Shown: positions 19,314 through 29,257 of the stretch, piece by piece | Layout of the letters: every line of letters begins with the position of its first letter | How positions within the stretch are numbered: the stretch's first letter is position 1 | Source of the DNA: Myxococcota bacterium | GTDB lineage: Bacteria > Myxococcota_A > UBA9160 > UBA6930 | DNA: 64,000 nt | NCBI GenBank assembly: GCA_965223705.1 | Contig: OZ245015.1 | Span: forward strand, 3,744,001-3,808,000 | Direction: 5' to 3' | Program-made: the position numbers and the translations under genes | Notes under the pieces: generated by a model | Database searches by the model: none | What the model was told of the DNA's origin: nothing | The model's input: only the letters and a program-made list of their open reading frames with translations

Positions 19314-19979
19314 CTAGGCGTGGTCATCGACCCAATACGCGCCGTCCGTGGCGATCTCTTTCTTCCAGATCGGGACGCGCTCCTTCAGGACGTCGATCGA
19401 CCAGCGCGCGGCCTCGAACGCCTCGGCGCGGTGGGGAGCCGCCGCGACCACGACGACCGCTAGATCGCCGATCTCGAGGTGACCCGTTCGGTGGGCGAGC
19501 GCCACCCGGGTTCCGGGCCAGCGCCCCTCCGCCTCTTCGATAATGCGGTCCATTTCCGACAACGCCATCGACGGATAGGCCTCGTATTCGAGATGCTCGA
19601 TGTCGTGCCCCCGAGAAGCGTTGCGGACGGCCCCGCAGAACGTCACCAGCCCGCCGGCGTCGGGACCGACGACACGCTGGACCACTTCGCCCACGTCGAG
19701 GGCAGTTTCCGAAAGGGTGGCCCGACCGCTCGCCGAGCCACCCGAAACCGGGGGCAGCAGCGCGACTTCGTCCCCCTCGGCCAGGATCGTGTCCTCGGAA
19801 GCGACTTCGCGGTTGACGCCGACGCGAAGCCGATCGCCGAGCGCGGCGACGGGGGGGAGCGTTTCGGCGAGCTGAGCTCGCAAACGCGCCACCGACGTGC
19901 CGTCCGGCAAGTCGAGCGCGAGCTCCTTGCTTCCGGCGTGCTCGCGGATCGATCCGAACAATTGAACCGTGATATGCAT
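19314..19979 (-). CDS. Fused molybdopterin synthase MoaD-MoaE (MoaX type)
   Basis: Ubiquitin-like domain ending PPVSGG in frame with MoaE (FCGAVRN, LEYEAY, HRTGHL, HRAEAF, PIWKKE). Confidence 0.92.
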   Translation of the reverse strand: MHITVQLFGSIREHAGSKELALDLPDGTSVARLRAQLAETLPPVAALGDRLRVGVNREVASEDTILAEGDEVALLPPVSGGSASGRATLSETALDVGEVVQRVVGPDAGGLVTFCGAVRNASRGHDIEHLEYEAYPSMALSEMDRIIEEAEGRWPGTRVALAHRTGHLEIGDLAVVVVAAAPHRAEAFEAARWSIDVLKERVPIWKKEIATDGAYWVDDHA

Positions 19980-20027
19980 CTCGCCCGGCAGTTTAGCGAG
20001 CCCGGGCGCGTACCGATGAAGCCGTCG

Positions 20028-20360
20028 ATGATGGATTTGCGCCGCGTCGCCAGCCTCTCCTGCACCGGGTGCGGGGAGCGGTCGAGCTTGTTCGCCTGGT
20101 TCGATGCGTGCACCGGGGTCGAGCCCGACCGACGGTGGCTACGAGGGGGCTGCCCGAGTTGCGAAGCTCCGCTCTGGATCGCTTTTGAGGGCGACTGCGT
20201 CTCCGCTGGGGTCCCTTCCGAGGATCGACGCTTCTTCCTGCCCGACCAGCGCGTCGAGCAACGCGGGTTGTCCTTCCAGCACGCGCCCGAGGGCCTGCTG
20301 GTGGGGCTTCAGCACCGAAGCTGGGTATTCGCGCCGCTCCCGGTCGGGGCCGCGCTCTAG
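20028..20360 (+). CDS. Small hypothetical protein with two CxxC pairs (putative Zn ribbon)
   Basis: CTGC...CPSC; fills the gap between moaDE and bactofilin; preceded by TTTAG-N15-ACCGAT; alternative ATGs at 20016 and 20031. Confidence 0.6.
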   Translation: MMDLRRVASLSCTGCGERSSLFAWFDACTGVEPDRRWLRGGCPSCEAPLWIAFEGDCVSAGVPSEDRRFFLPDQRVEQRGLSFQHAPEGLLVGLQHRSWVFAPLPVGAAL

Positions 20361-20366
20361 CGGAGC

Positions 20367-20413
20367 GCTACTTCTCGGGCGAATCGCCCCGCTACTTCTT
20401 GGGCGAATCGCCC
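20367..20413. repeat. Tandem near-perfect 23-bp duplication of the bactofilin 3' end
   Basis: gctacttctcgggcgaatcgccc (20367-20389) and gctacttcttgggcgaatcgccc (20391-20413). Confidence 0.9.
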
Positions 20414-20868
20414 TTCTGGCCGCCGTCCACCGCGGTCAGGTTGCCGGCCTTTGCCGTCTGTTCGGAGCCCGGCGCCTTCATCGCGATCTGGCCGTTCACG
20501 ACCGCGCCCGCTTCGACGATCAGCGAACCGGTTTCCACGTTGCCCATGAGACGAGCGGTCTTGTGGAGAACCAGCTGGCGGCTCGCGTGAACGTCGCCGA
20601 CGACGGCGCCGCTGATCATGACGCTCTTCGACGTGATGTCGGCATGGACTTCGCCCGTCTCGCCGACGATGAGCGTGTTCTCGCTCGCGATTTCTCCGTT
20701 AAAGCAGCCATCGATCCGAACCGTGTCCTTGAACGACAGCTTGCCCTCGAACGAGGAACCTTGATCGATGAATGCCGTGAGACCACCGGCGTTGCTCGAG
20801 GACGGCGGCGGGCTCGCGGGCCGATCGATCGGTGTGCCGTTTTCCTCACCTTTTCGTCCGAATGCCAT
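20392..20868 (-). CDS. Bactofilin (polymer-forming cytoskeletal protein)
   Basis: FIDQGSSFEGKLSF..VRIDG.F.GEI...LIVGETGEV...GNVETGSLIVEAGAVVNGQIAM beta-helix. Confidence 0.93.
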   Translation of the reverse strand: MAFGRKGEENGTPIDRPASPPPSSSNAGGLTAFIDQGSSFEGKLSFKDTVRIDGCFNGEIASENTLIVGETGEVHADITSKSVMISGAVVGDVHASRQLVLHKTARLMGNVETGSLIVEAGAVVNGQIAMKAPGSEQTAKAGNLTAVDGGQKGDSPKK

Positions 20869-20914
20869 AGCTGCCGCCTCCTTCGCCCGACGAAGATCGG
20901 GTGTGTGGAGATGG

Positions 20915-20940
20915 ATCGGTCTCCGAGCAGCCGGACTTGA
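20915..20940 (-). promoter_or_regulatory. sigma28-like promoter before bactofilin
   Basis: Minus strand TCAAG-N15-ACCGAT. Confidence 0.6.
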
Positions 20941-21037
20941 GAGGAGTTGCCGATGCGGTGCGCCTGGGCGATCCCCCCGGTCCGGGTGTTCCGTCCCCCT
21001 GTGGCGGGTGGCGACCCGGCGATAAAATGGCCGCGCG

Positions 21038-21937
21038 ATGAGCGAAGCGCTCCCGGAACGACTCGACGAAGCCTTGGCGTCCGGGCGCGTGCACTCGGGC
21101 TACTTGTTGACAGGCGCCGGCCCGGATACGGGCCGGGTGGCGCGGCGGTTCGTCCGCGCCCTCGTCTGCACCGCCGCCCCCCCCGCCGAGCGACCGTGCG
21201 AAAGCTGTGACGACTGTCGCCGAGGCGCCGACCGCGTTGAACCGGAAATCGACGGCACCGGGAAACGGGGCCCTCTCTACCGACACGTCGGAGATCATCC
21301 CGACCTGATCTGGGTCGAGCGGGGACCGAACGACACACGCGTCCGGATCGGACAGGTCCGAGCGGCGTGTCAGACGCTCGGCCTGCGCGGCGGGTCGCGG
21401 CGGGCGTGCGTCATCGCGGATGCGTCGTGGCTCAACCTCGAGGCGCAGAACGCCTTGCTGCGGGCACTCGAGGAACCGCCCGAGGGAACGACGTTCGTCT
21501 TGCTGTGCGAAAGCGCTGCCGCCCTCCTCGCCACCGTCCGTTCGCGCTGCCAGCAAGTCGCCTGCGGAGCTCATGGCGAAGACGACACCGAAGCTGCAGA
21601 AGCGCTGTACCCGCAGTTCGAAGCGCTCACCGGTGCCGGAGCGGCGGCGGTTCTCGAGTGGGCCGAGGAGTTCCGCGGCTCGCGAAGCGTCGCAGCGGAA
21701 GGCGTCGCGTCACTGTTGGCCCACGCGTCGCACTGGGTCCACCATCGCGTCACCGAGCGAGCGGTTCCCGAAGGACAATCTTGTGCGCCGTTCCTCGAGG
21801 CCTGGGGAGAGCTGCGCCACTGCCGAAAGATTCTCGCGCAGCGGAACGCGAATCCGCAGATGGTCGCCGAGCGTGCGCTCTTTGCCGTCGCGCGCAGCCT
21901 CGAAGCGAGCTCCGAAGGACCCCGTGTCGGAGCCTGA
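21038..21937 (+). CDS. holB: DNA polymerase III delta' subunit
   Basis: HSGYLLTG, LVC...CESCDDC zinc module, HPDL, AQNALLRALEEPP, TVRSRCQ. Confidence 0.88.
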   Translation: MSEALPERLDEALASGRVHSGYLLTGAGPDTGRVARRFVRALVCTAAPPAERPCESCDDCRRGADRVEPEIDGTGKRGPLYRHVGDHPDLIWVERGPNDTRVRIGQVRAACQTLGLRGGSRRACVIADASWLNLEAQNALLRALEEPPEGTTFVLLCESAAALLATVRSRCQQVACGAHGEDDTEAAEALYPQFEALTGAGAAAVLEWAEEFRGSRSVAAEGVASLLAHASHWVHHRVTERAVPEGQSCAPFLEAWGELRHCRKILAQRNANPQMVAERALFAVARSLEASSEGPRVGA

Positions 21938-22727
21938 CAACCGGGCCCCGCGATTTGCGCTGGCGCAAGAACTCGCCCGACGCGCGGGTGCGATCCAGCG
22001 AGAGCGCTTCGGCACTTCGCTCGACGTCCAGTCGAAGAGTGTCGACATCGATCTCGTCACCGAAGTGGACCACGCCTGTGAGGCGCTGATCGTCGACGCG
22101 CTCTGCGCCGAGTTCTCTCACGACGCGATTCTCGCCGAGGAGGGGCGCGGCGAAGACCGCGAGGACGCGACCTGGCGTTGGGTCGTCGACCCCCTCGACG
22201 GCACCACGAACTACGCCCACGGTTATCCGCGCTTTTGCGTGTCCATCGGCGCGGAGCGCGGCGGGCGGCGAGAGCTGGCCGCGGTCTACGATCCGCTCCT
22301 CGACGAACTGTTCGCCGCTGTGCGAGGCGGCGGGGCCACGCGAAACGGCGAGCGCATCTCGGTGTCGGGAGAGGCGCAGCTCGATCGCGCGCTTCTGGCC
22401 ACGGGCTTCGCTTACGATCGACGCCAGAGCCGTCGAGAGAACGTGGAGCACTTTGCCGCGTTCCTGCAAGCGGCGCGGGCGATGCGCCGGGACGGGAGTG
22501 CGGCTCTCGATCTCTGCTACGTCGCCGCCGGACGACTCGACGGTTTCTGGGAACTCAAGCTGGCTCCCTGGGACGTCGCTGCAGGGTATTTGATCGTAGA
22601 AGAGGCAGGCGGCCGGATTTCCGACCTGGCGGGCGGCGCCGCGCTTTCATCTGGGCGAGAGGTCGTAGCGAGCAATGGACGGATTCACGACGCGATGCTC
22701 GAGGTCTTGCGTGAGTCGAGGCCCTGA
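21924..22727 (+). CDS. suhB: Inositol monophosphatase family
   Basis: DLVTEVD, WVVDPLDGTTNY, GSAALDLCYVAAGRLDGFWE, WDVAAG. Confidence 0.92.
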   Translation: MSEPDNRAPRFALAQELARRAGAIQRERFGTSLDVQSKSVDIDLVTEVDHACEALIVDALCAEFSHDAILAEEGRGEDREDATWRWVVDPLDGTTNYAHGYPRFCVSIGAERGGRRELAAVYDPLLDELFAAVRGGGATRNGERISVSGEAQLDRALLATGFAYDRRQSRRENVEHFAAFLQAARAMRRDGSAALDLCYVAAGRLDGFWELKLAPWDVAAGYLIVEEAGGRISDLAGGAALSSGREVVASNGRIHDAMLEVLRESRP

Positions 22728-22731
22728 CGTC

Positions 22732-23280
22732 GTGCGTTTTGCGGGAAGGCGTCGCGCGGTGATCGCGCTGGCGCTGCTCTGCGTGTTCTTGATGGGGGCT
22801 TCGAGCCAGTTGCGCCAGCAGATCGCTCGCTCGGGAGCCGTCATCTTGCAGCGTCGAGAGGCCGTCGCCCCGATCGATACGGCGGAGGGAAAGATGGTCG
22901 GCGTTGAATCGATCAGCGTCTTCGAACCCGGTGCGGAGCAAAACCGGCTGCTCGGGTTGCGCCTCGACTGGAACGCTTTCGGACTGACGGGCGCGAACCG
23001 GTACTCGTATCTCGATCTGCACGAGATCGACGCTGTGATCCGCGGTCTCGCGTTCATGGGTACGGAGCTCGCCCATGCGAATCATCCCGACAACATCGAT
23101 CGCGAAGGTCGTATCCGCACCGGCGAAGGGTTCGCGGTGGGCTACGTAGCCCGCGGGCAGCAGGTGCGGATGTACGTCGACTGGTCGCCCGGCAACTTGC
23201 GGGCCGATCTCGGACCGGACGGCTTCGCGGGGCTCCGCGAACGCTTCGAACTCGCGCGGGACGCACTCTTCTCGGACTAG
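22732..23280 (+). CDS. Hypothetical exported protein
   Basis: Signal-peptide-like N-terminus; same strand, directly after suhB. Confidence 0.65.
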   Translation: MRFAGRRRAVIALALLCVFLMGASSQLRQQIARSGAVILQRREAVAPIDTAEGKMVGVESISVFEPGAEQNRLLGLRLDWNAFGLTGANRYSYLDLHEIDAVIRGLAFMGTELAHANHPDNIDREGRIRTGEGFAVGYVARGQQVRMYVDWSPGNLRADLGPDGFAGLRERFELARDALFSD

Positions 23281-24719
23281 TTCGCCGCTTCCGGCGCTTC
23301 GTCCACTTCGGATTCCGGCTTCGCTTCCTTCGAGGCGAAGCGGTTCTCGAACGCCTCGACGTTCACGGGCATCACGTCGGCGAGTTCGGGCTCGACCCAG
23401 TAGACCGTGTCGGAACCGACGATTCGGGCCGGGATTCCGCGCTCGGGATCCGGCGTTCCGAACTCGAGCTCGGCCAAGACGGCGGGCTTCGCGCCGTCTT
23501 CTTCGGGTTGCCCGCCCTCGACACGAAGCGCGACGCGCGGCGGCGCGAGTCCGAGGCCTCGAAGTTCGCCTTCGCCCATCGATTCCGCCAAGACGTCTTG
23601 TGCTTCGAGACCGGCGAGTTCACTGACGAGCCGCGATGCCTTACCCGGTTGCATCGCCGGCTGTGTCGACCAGCGCGTCGATTCCTTCGTCGCCGTCACT
23701 CGAAATGTCTGAGCCCGATCCGGGTCTTCTAGTGCGAGCTCGAAACTCGCGGCGTCGAGGGTGGAGAAGCGCCCGAGCTTGCGATCGCGAAGTGCCACGG
23801 GGCCCTCGGGAAAGTCGTCGAGGAGCGTCGCCGGCATCGAGAACAGCGTGTCTCGACCCGCGATCCGCAACAGGCGCCGGTCGCCCACCGGCACGCCGAC
23901 GTCGAGTGCGACCTCCTCGCCTTTCTCGGAAGACAGAACGACGCGCAGATCCGGCGCCGCAAGCGTCGCGAGCTCGGCTTCGCCCGGAGCATCGACGAAA
24001 TCGACGGTGCGGAGGAATTCGATCTGCGAGATCAGACCTTCGATCGCGTCTCGATCGCCCCCGGTCTCGAGCGGCTCGCGAAGGACCCAGCGCTCGCCGT
24101 CACGCTCGCCTCGAGCGCGTGCGGTCGGCCACGCGACTTCCACCGCGTCGATCGCATCGGCATCGAACACCGCGATGCGCCGGTCCCGTAACGCCTTGAG
24201 CGTGGGCTCGAACGGGGCGACCTCCGTATTCGCGACAGCGAAGATTCGCGTGCGGTCGTCAATCGACAAATAGGTCACGTCTCCGAAGGGCGCGTCGGCG
24301 CCGACGTACACCGTGTGCTCGCCCGCTTCGGTCGCAAAGCGCAAGCGCGCCTCGCCTTCGAGGCCGTATTCCTCGAGTGCGGCCGGATCATCGAACTCGC
24401 GTTCCCGGGCGAGGGTCGCAATCGCGCGCGCCAATCCGTCCGCGGTCACCTCGTCCGCGGGAAACTCGATCGGAGCCGTGACGCGCCACGGTGCATTCTC
24501 GCCGGAAGCGTCGTCCGTGCGCTCGACGCGCGCGGAGTAGCCGTCTTCGGTCTCGATCTCGACCCAAAGGACGTCGCTCGGCTTCGTTCCGGGGAACACG
24601 AGCCCCTCGGCTTCGGCGGCTTCTTCTCGCGACGGTGCGCCGCGAATTTCGTAGAAGTAGATCAAACCGCCGAGAACGGCGGCGACGATGGCGAGAACCA
24701 GCGTAGTTCGGGGATTCAA
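23277..24719 (-). CDS. DUF4340-domain protein
   Basis: N-terminal TM segment, repeated W..P...AD / YGL / LRDR motifs; follows a GldG-like gene. Confidence 0.8.
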   Translation of the reverse strand: MNPRTTLVLAIVAAVLGGLIYFYEIRGAPSREEAAEAEGLVFPGTKPSDVLWVEIETEDGYSARVERTDDASGENAPWRVTAPIEFPADEVTADGLARAIATLAREREFDDPAALEEYGLEGEARLRFATEAGEHTVYVGADAPFGDVTYLSIDDRTRIFAVANTEVAPFEPTLKALRDRRIAVFDADAIDAVEVAWPTARARGERDGERWVLREPLETGGDRDAIEGLISQIEFLRTVDFVDAPGEAELATLAAPDLRVVLSSEKGEEVALDVGVPVGDRRLLRIAGRDTLFSMPATLLDDFPEGPVALRDRKLGRFSTLDAASFELALEDPDRAQTFRVTATKESTRWSTQPAMQPGKASRLVSELAGLEAQDVLAESMGEGELRGLGLAPPRVALRVEGGQPEEDGAKPAVLAELEFGTPDPERGIPARIVGSDTVYWVEPELADVMPVNVEAFENRFASKEAKPESEVDEAPEAAN

Positions 24720-24726
24720 AGGAGCC

Positions 24727-26355
24727 TCACGCCTGTGCGGGATCCCGCCGGCGCCACCACCAGACGAAGACCCCCAATGCGGCGATGATCTGCGGGAGGA
24801 CGAAGAGCGAGAGCATGCGCAACCGCATGAACTGTTCGGTGTTCAAGGCGAGCCGACTCGCGCGGGTCGTCGCCGGTCGAATCGAGATCGCCTCGACGTC
24901 GCCGAGTAGCCAGTTGATCGAATTCAAGAACAGGTCGCGGTTCCGAAACTGACGCAACATCGAGTTCGTCGCGAAGTCGGAGTCGCCGTACACCGCGATC
25001 CGCGTGCCCGGCTCCTCCCCGCCGTCGTCGGCGGTCGCGCCCTCTCCGTCGGCTTCGCCCGCCTTCGACTTCGCGAGCGGCAGTTCGCCGATGACCGCCA
25101 CCGGCACCGGTCCGCGCAAGTCGTTCTGCCCAAGCTCGGCGCGACCCGCTGTAAAGAATTCGTCGAGATCCCGTTCTCCCCAGGAATCTTCGCCGGTGAG
25201 GACGAGTTGTGTGAGGCTCTGATGCGCGCCGGGCTTCACGGTGACGCTCCGGGCCATGTGGAACAAGGTCGCCTCGCGAAGGTTTTCCGTGATGGGGTGC
25301 GCGGCGTACTGCGCGGCAAACGGCGAAACCGGCCGCCCGAACAGTCCTTGCACGCGATCGACAACGACGTCCTCACCGACGGTCATCCCCCACTCCGAAA
25401 TCAGCGGGTACAGATCGGTGTTGGCCCGCGGATCGATCATCATGAGGATCGCACCGCCGCCCTCGGCGTAGTCGCGCAACGCCTTGTGCTCCGCTTCGAG
25501 GAGCGGCCGGGTCGGACCGGCGATCACCACGACATCGGCGTCCTCGGGGACGCGGCCCGTTGCGGCGAGGAGCAGGCTCTCGGTTTCGTAGTTCTCATTC
25601 CGCAGCGCGTCGATCGCCTGCGACAGACCTTCGGGTTGTTCAGCCGCTTCTTTGAAGGCGGCGCGCTCGCCGTGGCCCTCGAGGAAATAGACCCGCTTGG
25701 TTCCTTGACGCGTGAGTTTGACCAGCGCGTTCGTGACGCTCTCTTCCGACACGTCTTCGATCTCCGTCGACTCCTCGCCCAGCGCGACGTGCAGCAAACC
25801 GTTCGCGAGCTTCTCGTCCTCGATGCCCAAAGCGCGGGAGCGACCGGGGTTCGCCTGGGGATCGACGAACTCGAGCTTGACGCGATCGCTCGCGTACGCG
25901 AACCGGTCGAGGAGGTCTTTCACCGGCGGCTCGTTCACGGCGGTGTAGAACCCCGTAAACGCCACGTCCTCGTCGAGGCCCTCGACGATCTTGCGCGCCT
26001 GCTCCGAAAGCGTGTGCACACCGCTCTCGGTCCAGTCCCAGCGTTGGTGGTAACGCGTCGTCAAGAACGCGAGAAGCGCGAGCACCACGATTCCGAGCAA
26101 CGTGCTGACGACGGCACTCGTTCCGTACTTGCCGGCTCGCTTGGCGCCTCCGGTCGACAACCGTTCGCGGATCTTGTCTGCATTGGTGACCGCCGCGACG
26201 ATGAGAAGCACCAAGCCGAGGCCGAAGTTCCCCCAGATAAAGGGCAGATCGCGGGTGATGAACAAGCCACCCGTCGCGAGCTGGAGGAGCAAGGAGAGCA
26301 GGCCGAAGACGATGAAGACCGCCCCGAGCCAACCGAGTAGTCCCGACCAACGCAT
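24727..26355 (-). CDS. GldG-family ABC auxiliary component
   Basis: RWDWTESGVHTLS, YFLEGHGE, VVVIAGP, VYGDSDFATN, NRDLFLNSINWL. Confidence 0.88.
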   Translation of the reverse strand: MRWSGLLGWLGAVFIVFGLLSLLLQLATGGLFITRDLPFIWGNFGLGLVLLIVAAVTNADKIRERLSTGGAKRAGKYGTSAVVSTLLGIVVLALLAFLTTRYHQRWDWTESGVHTLSEQARKIVEGLDEDVAFTGFYTAVNEPPVKDLLDRFAYASDRVKLEFVDPQANPGRSRALGIEDEKLANGLLHVALGEESTEIEDVSEESVTNALVKLTRQGTKRVYFLEGHGERAAFKEAAEQPEGLSQAIDALRNENYETESLLLAATGRVPEDADVVVIAGPTRPLLEAEHKALRDYAEGGGAILMMIDPRANTDLYPLISEWGMTVGEDVVVDRVQGLFGRPVSPFAAQYAAHPITENLREATLFHMARSVTVKPGAHQSLTQLVLTGEDSWGERDLDEFFTAGRAELGQNDLRGPVPVAVIGELPLAKSKAGEADGEGATADDGGEEPGTRIAVYGDSDFATNSMLRQFRNRDLFLNSINWLLGDVEAISIRPATTRASRLALNTEQFMRLRMLSLFVLPQIIAALGVFVWWWRRRDPAQA

Positions 26356-27153
26356 CTAACGCCACCTCGCGGATTCGACCGAGGTCTTCGTCAACAGCAG
26401 GAACACGCCAATCATGAACGCGAAGTACGCGAGATCTCGCGTGTCTACCAACCCGCGCACCATCCGGTCGAACCGGTCGGCCGCCGACAGGAAGCGCATC
26501 ACCTCCGAGACGGTCGACTTCGCGCCGATCGCTCCGCCCGCCGCGCCGAGATCGGCGACGATGGCGAGCATCCACAGGATCAGGAGCATGACAAGCGTGA
26601 GAAAGAACGCGATCAACTGATTTCGGGTTACCGAGGAGGCAAACGTCCCGACGGCGACGTAGCTCCAAGCGAGAAAGAGCAGCCCCAGAAGCCCCGACAC
26701 CGCCTGCCAGACTTCGGGGTCGCCGTACAGGAACAACACCCACGTGAAGAAGCCGACGACGCCGATGAGGCACATCGCGAAGATGGCGCCGGCGAGAAAT
26801 TTCCCGAGCACCAACTCCCAGATGGTGATCGGGCTCGTCAAGAGGAGCTCCTGTGTTCCGTTCGCTTTCTCCGAGGCGAAGAGCCCCATCGTGATCGCGG
26901 GAATGAGAAACAGGAGCACGATCCACATCACGCCGTAGAACGGTCCGAGTACGGAATCGTTCAGGTTGAGGCGATCGAGAAACTCGGTGTAGCCGATGCT
27001 CTGTGCTTCGGCGGCTTGGGCATCGAACGACAACACACCCGCCAAGAAGAAGAAGCCGGCGAGGAGTGCGAACAACGTCAACGTCACGTATGCCACGGGC
27101 GAGACGAAGAGCGAGCGCAGTTCTCGCCCGGCGATCGCGGGGATGTGTTTCAC
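26356..27153 (-). CDS. GldF-like ABC-2 permease
   Basis: RELRSLFVSPVAY, IPAITMGLFASEKANGTQELLLTSP, LGKF, TRNQLIA. Confidence 0.88.
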   Translation of the reverse strand: MKHIPAIAGRELRSLFVSPVAYVTLTLFALLAGFFFLAGVLSFDAQAAEAQSIGYTEFLDRLNLNDSVLGPFYGVMWIVLLFLIPAITMGLFASEKANGTQELLLTSPITIWELVLGKFLAGAIFAMCLIGVVGFFTWVLFLYGDPEVWQAVSGLLGLLFLAWSYVAVGTFASSVTRNQLIAFFLTLVMLLILWMLAIVADLGAAGGAIGAKSTVSEVMRFLSAADRFDRMVRGLVDTRDLAYFAFMIGVFLLLTKTSVESARWR

Positions 27154-27962
27154 GACGCAGCTCCCGCTGCTCCGGCAGCGTGTTGCAGTTCTCCATGGGC
27201 GGCGCGCGTGAACACTTCTTCGAGGCGCTCGCCGCGGCCGACGAGATCGGACAGCTGCTCATCGAGCACCTTGCGACCCCCGTTGACGATCAACACCCGC
27301 CGACAAATCGCTTCGACTTCGGCGAGGATATGGGTGGAGAGGATGACGGTTTGGCCGCCGACCTTGCCCGGCGCCGCCAGGCTTCCGATGAGTTCGCGAA
27401 TTTCTCCGATCTGGATCGGGTCGAGCCCGACGGTCGGTTCGTCCAGCACCAGAACCGGCGGCTCGTGCACGATCGCCTGGGCGAGCCCGACGCGCTGGCG
27501 GTAACCCTTGGACAGCTGCCCGATGACCCGCCGATGGACATGGGTCAGCCCGCAGCGTTCGAGCGCCCGATCGACCGCGTCCTTGCGCGTTGCGCGCGGC
27601 ACGTCCTTCAGCTTGGCCACGTAGTCGAGGTAGCTGCGCACCGCCATCTCCGGGTAGACCGGAGGGGCTTCGGGCAAGTAACCGACGGCTCGGCGGGCGG
27701 CCAAGGGATCGCTGAAGATGTCGTGGCCCGCGATGGAAGCACTGCCCTCGGTGGCTGGAATGAAGCCGGTGAGGATCCGCATGGTCGTGGTCTTTCCGGC
27801 GCCGTTGGGCCCGAGAAACCCCACCACTTCGCCGGCGCCCACCGAGAATGAGACGTTGTCCAAGGCGAGCAAGTCGCCGTAGCGCTTGACGAGGCCCCGG
27901 GCCTCGATCTGCGGCGCGTTTTGACCGTCGCCTCCGTCGGCCCCTGCTGGCTGTTCTGTCAC
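27150..27962 (-). CDS. ABC ATP-binding protein (GldA-like)
   Basis: GPNGAGKTT, LSKGYRQRVGLAQA, LDEPTVGLDP, STHIL. Confidence 0.92.
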   Translation of the reverse strand: MTEQPAGADGGDGQNAPQIEARGLVKRYGDLLALDNVSFSVGAGEVVGFLGPNGAGKTTTMRILTGFIPATEGSASIAGHDIFSDPLAARRAVGYLPEAPPVYPEMAVRSYLDYVAKLKDVPRATRKDAVDRALERCGLTHVHRRVIGQLSKGYRQRVGLAQAIVHEPPVLVLDEPTVGLDPIQIGEIRELIGSLAAPGKVGGQTVILSTHILAEVEAICRRVLIVNGGRKVLDEQLSDLVGRGERLEEVFTRAAHGELQHAAGAAGAAS

Positions 27963-28141
27963 CGTGATGGCTCCTCCGGCGTTCCCGAGCCCACCAGGCT
28001 GGGCTCCCGGGTGATACGTCGACGCGGCTCGGTTGGATGACCTCGCAATATACGAAGGGGGTCTCCCCCTGCAACCCCGAGACCCGGAGACGCTCTCCCC
28101 TGCGGCCCCGCTGGAAAAACACCTAACCTCGGGCCCTACCT

Positions 28142-29257
28142 ATGCGGATCGCTTTAGTGATCGAGCGCTTCGTCCCGACGGGAGGCGTCGAAGCCGTCGC
28201 CTGGCAGGTCGCGCGGGGCCTGGCCGCCGTCGGCGACGAGGTCACGGTATTCGCCCGCGAAGCCGCGGAAGAGACGAGCGTTCGGATCCACCGGCTAGAC
28301 GTTCCGAGGGGTTGGCAACCGTGGCGAGTCCTCGCGTTCTCCCGGGCAGCGGCGCGGGCCGCTCCCCGCGACGCCTTCGACGCCGTGCAGAGTTTCTCGC
28401 GGACGCGTCATCAAGACGTGTTCCGAGCGGGGGGCGGGAGCCACGCCGATTACCTCGATCAGAGCTTCCGCGGGTTCGCCCGCTGGGTGCGGCACGTCTC
28501 ACCGCGTCATCGTGTCCTGCTGGGCATAGAACGTCGCGTCTTTGCGGATCCCACCCAATGGATCTTGTGCAATTCCGCCATGGTGTCGCGGGAAATCGGG
28601 GCGCGGGTCCCCGGGGCGGCCGCGCGCTGTAGGATGATTCCCAACGGCGTCGATCTCGAGCGCTTCCGTCCGGGACGCAGGGCCGAGGCCCGGAAAGCGC
28701 TCTCCGTCGATGCCGACACGCCCCTGTGGCTTTTCGTCGGCAGCGGTTTTCGGCGCAAAGGCCTCGAGACCGCGCTCCGAGCGGTCCGTGCGGCACGCAC
28801 GTCCAGCGGCGTTCTTTGGGTGGCGGGCGGCGACCCGGTGGACGCCTGGGAGCGCCTCGCCGAGGACATCGGCGTACGCTCGCGCGTTCGCTTTCTGGGA
28901 CCGCGGCGCGACGTCGAAGACCTCTACGCTGCCGCCGACGCGCTGATCCTGCCGACGCGCTACGACGCGTTCGCGAACGTCACCCTCGAAGCGGCGGCGA
29001 GCGGGTGCTTCCCGGTGACGACCCCGCAAAACGGTGCGGCGGAATGGTTCGGCGATGCCTGTGCGACGGTGGGAGCGACCGATGTCGACGGATTCGCGAC
29101 ATGGCTCGACCGACTGGCGGAACCCTCGGAGCGACTCCGACTGGCGGCAGCGGCGCGACGACGAGCCGAAGACGCGAGCTGGCCTCGACACATCGACGCG
29201 TTGCGCGCGCTCTACCGCGAAGGACCTCCCGATCCCCGGGCGGACGGCGCCACGTGA
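28142..29257 (+). CDS. GT4 glycosyltransferase, WaaG/RfaG-like LPS core enzyme
   Basis: MRIALVIERF..GG.E, FVGSGFRRKGL, LPTRYDAFANVTLEAAASG. Confidence 0.88.
   Translation: MRIALVIERFVPTGGVEAVAWQVARGLAAVGDEVTVFAREAAEETSVRIHRLDVPRGWQPWRVLAFSRAAARAAPRDAFDAVQSFSRTRHQDVFRAGGGSHADYLDQSFRGFARWVRHVSPRHRVLLGIERRVFADPTQWILCNSAMVSREIGARVPGAAARCRMIPNGVDLERFRPGRRAEARKALSVDADTPLWLFVGSGFRRKGLETALRAVRAARTSSGVLWVAGGDPVDAWERLAEDIGVRSRVRFLGPRRDVEDLYAAADALILPTRYDAFANVTLEAAASGCFPVTTPQNGAAEWFGDACATVGATDVDGFATWLDRLAEPSERLRLAAAARRRAEDASWPRHIDALRALYREGPPDPRADGAT

Noticed and set aside
27984..28011. GC-rich hairpin upstream of the GldA-like gene
   Set aside because: Isolated stem with no U tract or known motif; expected by chance at this GC content.
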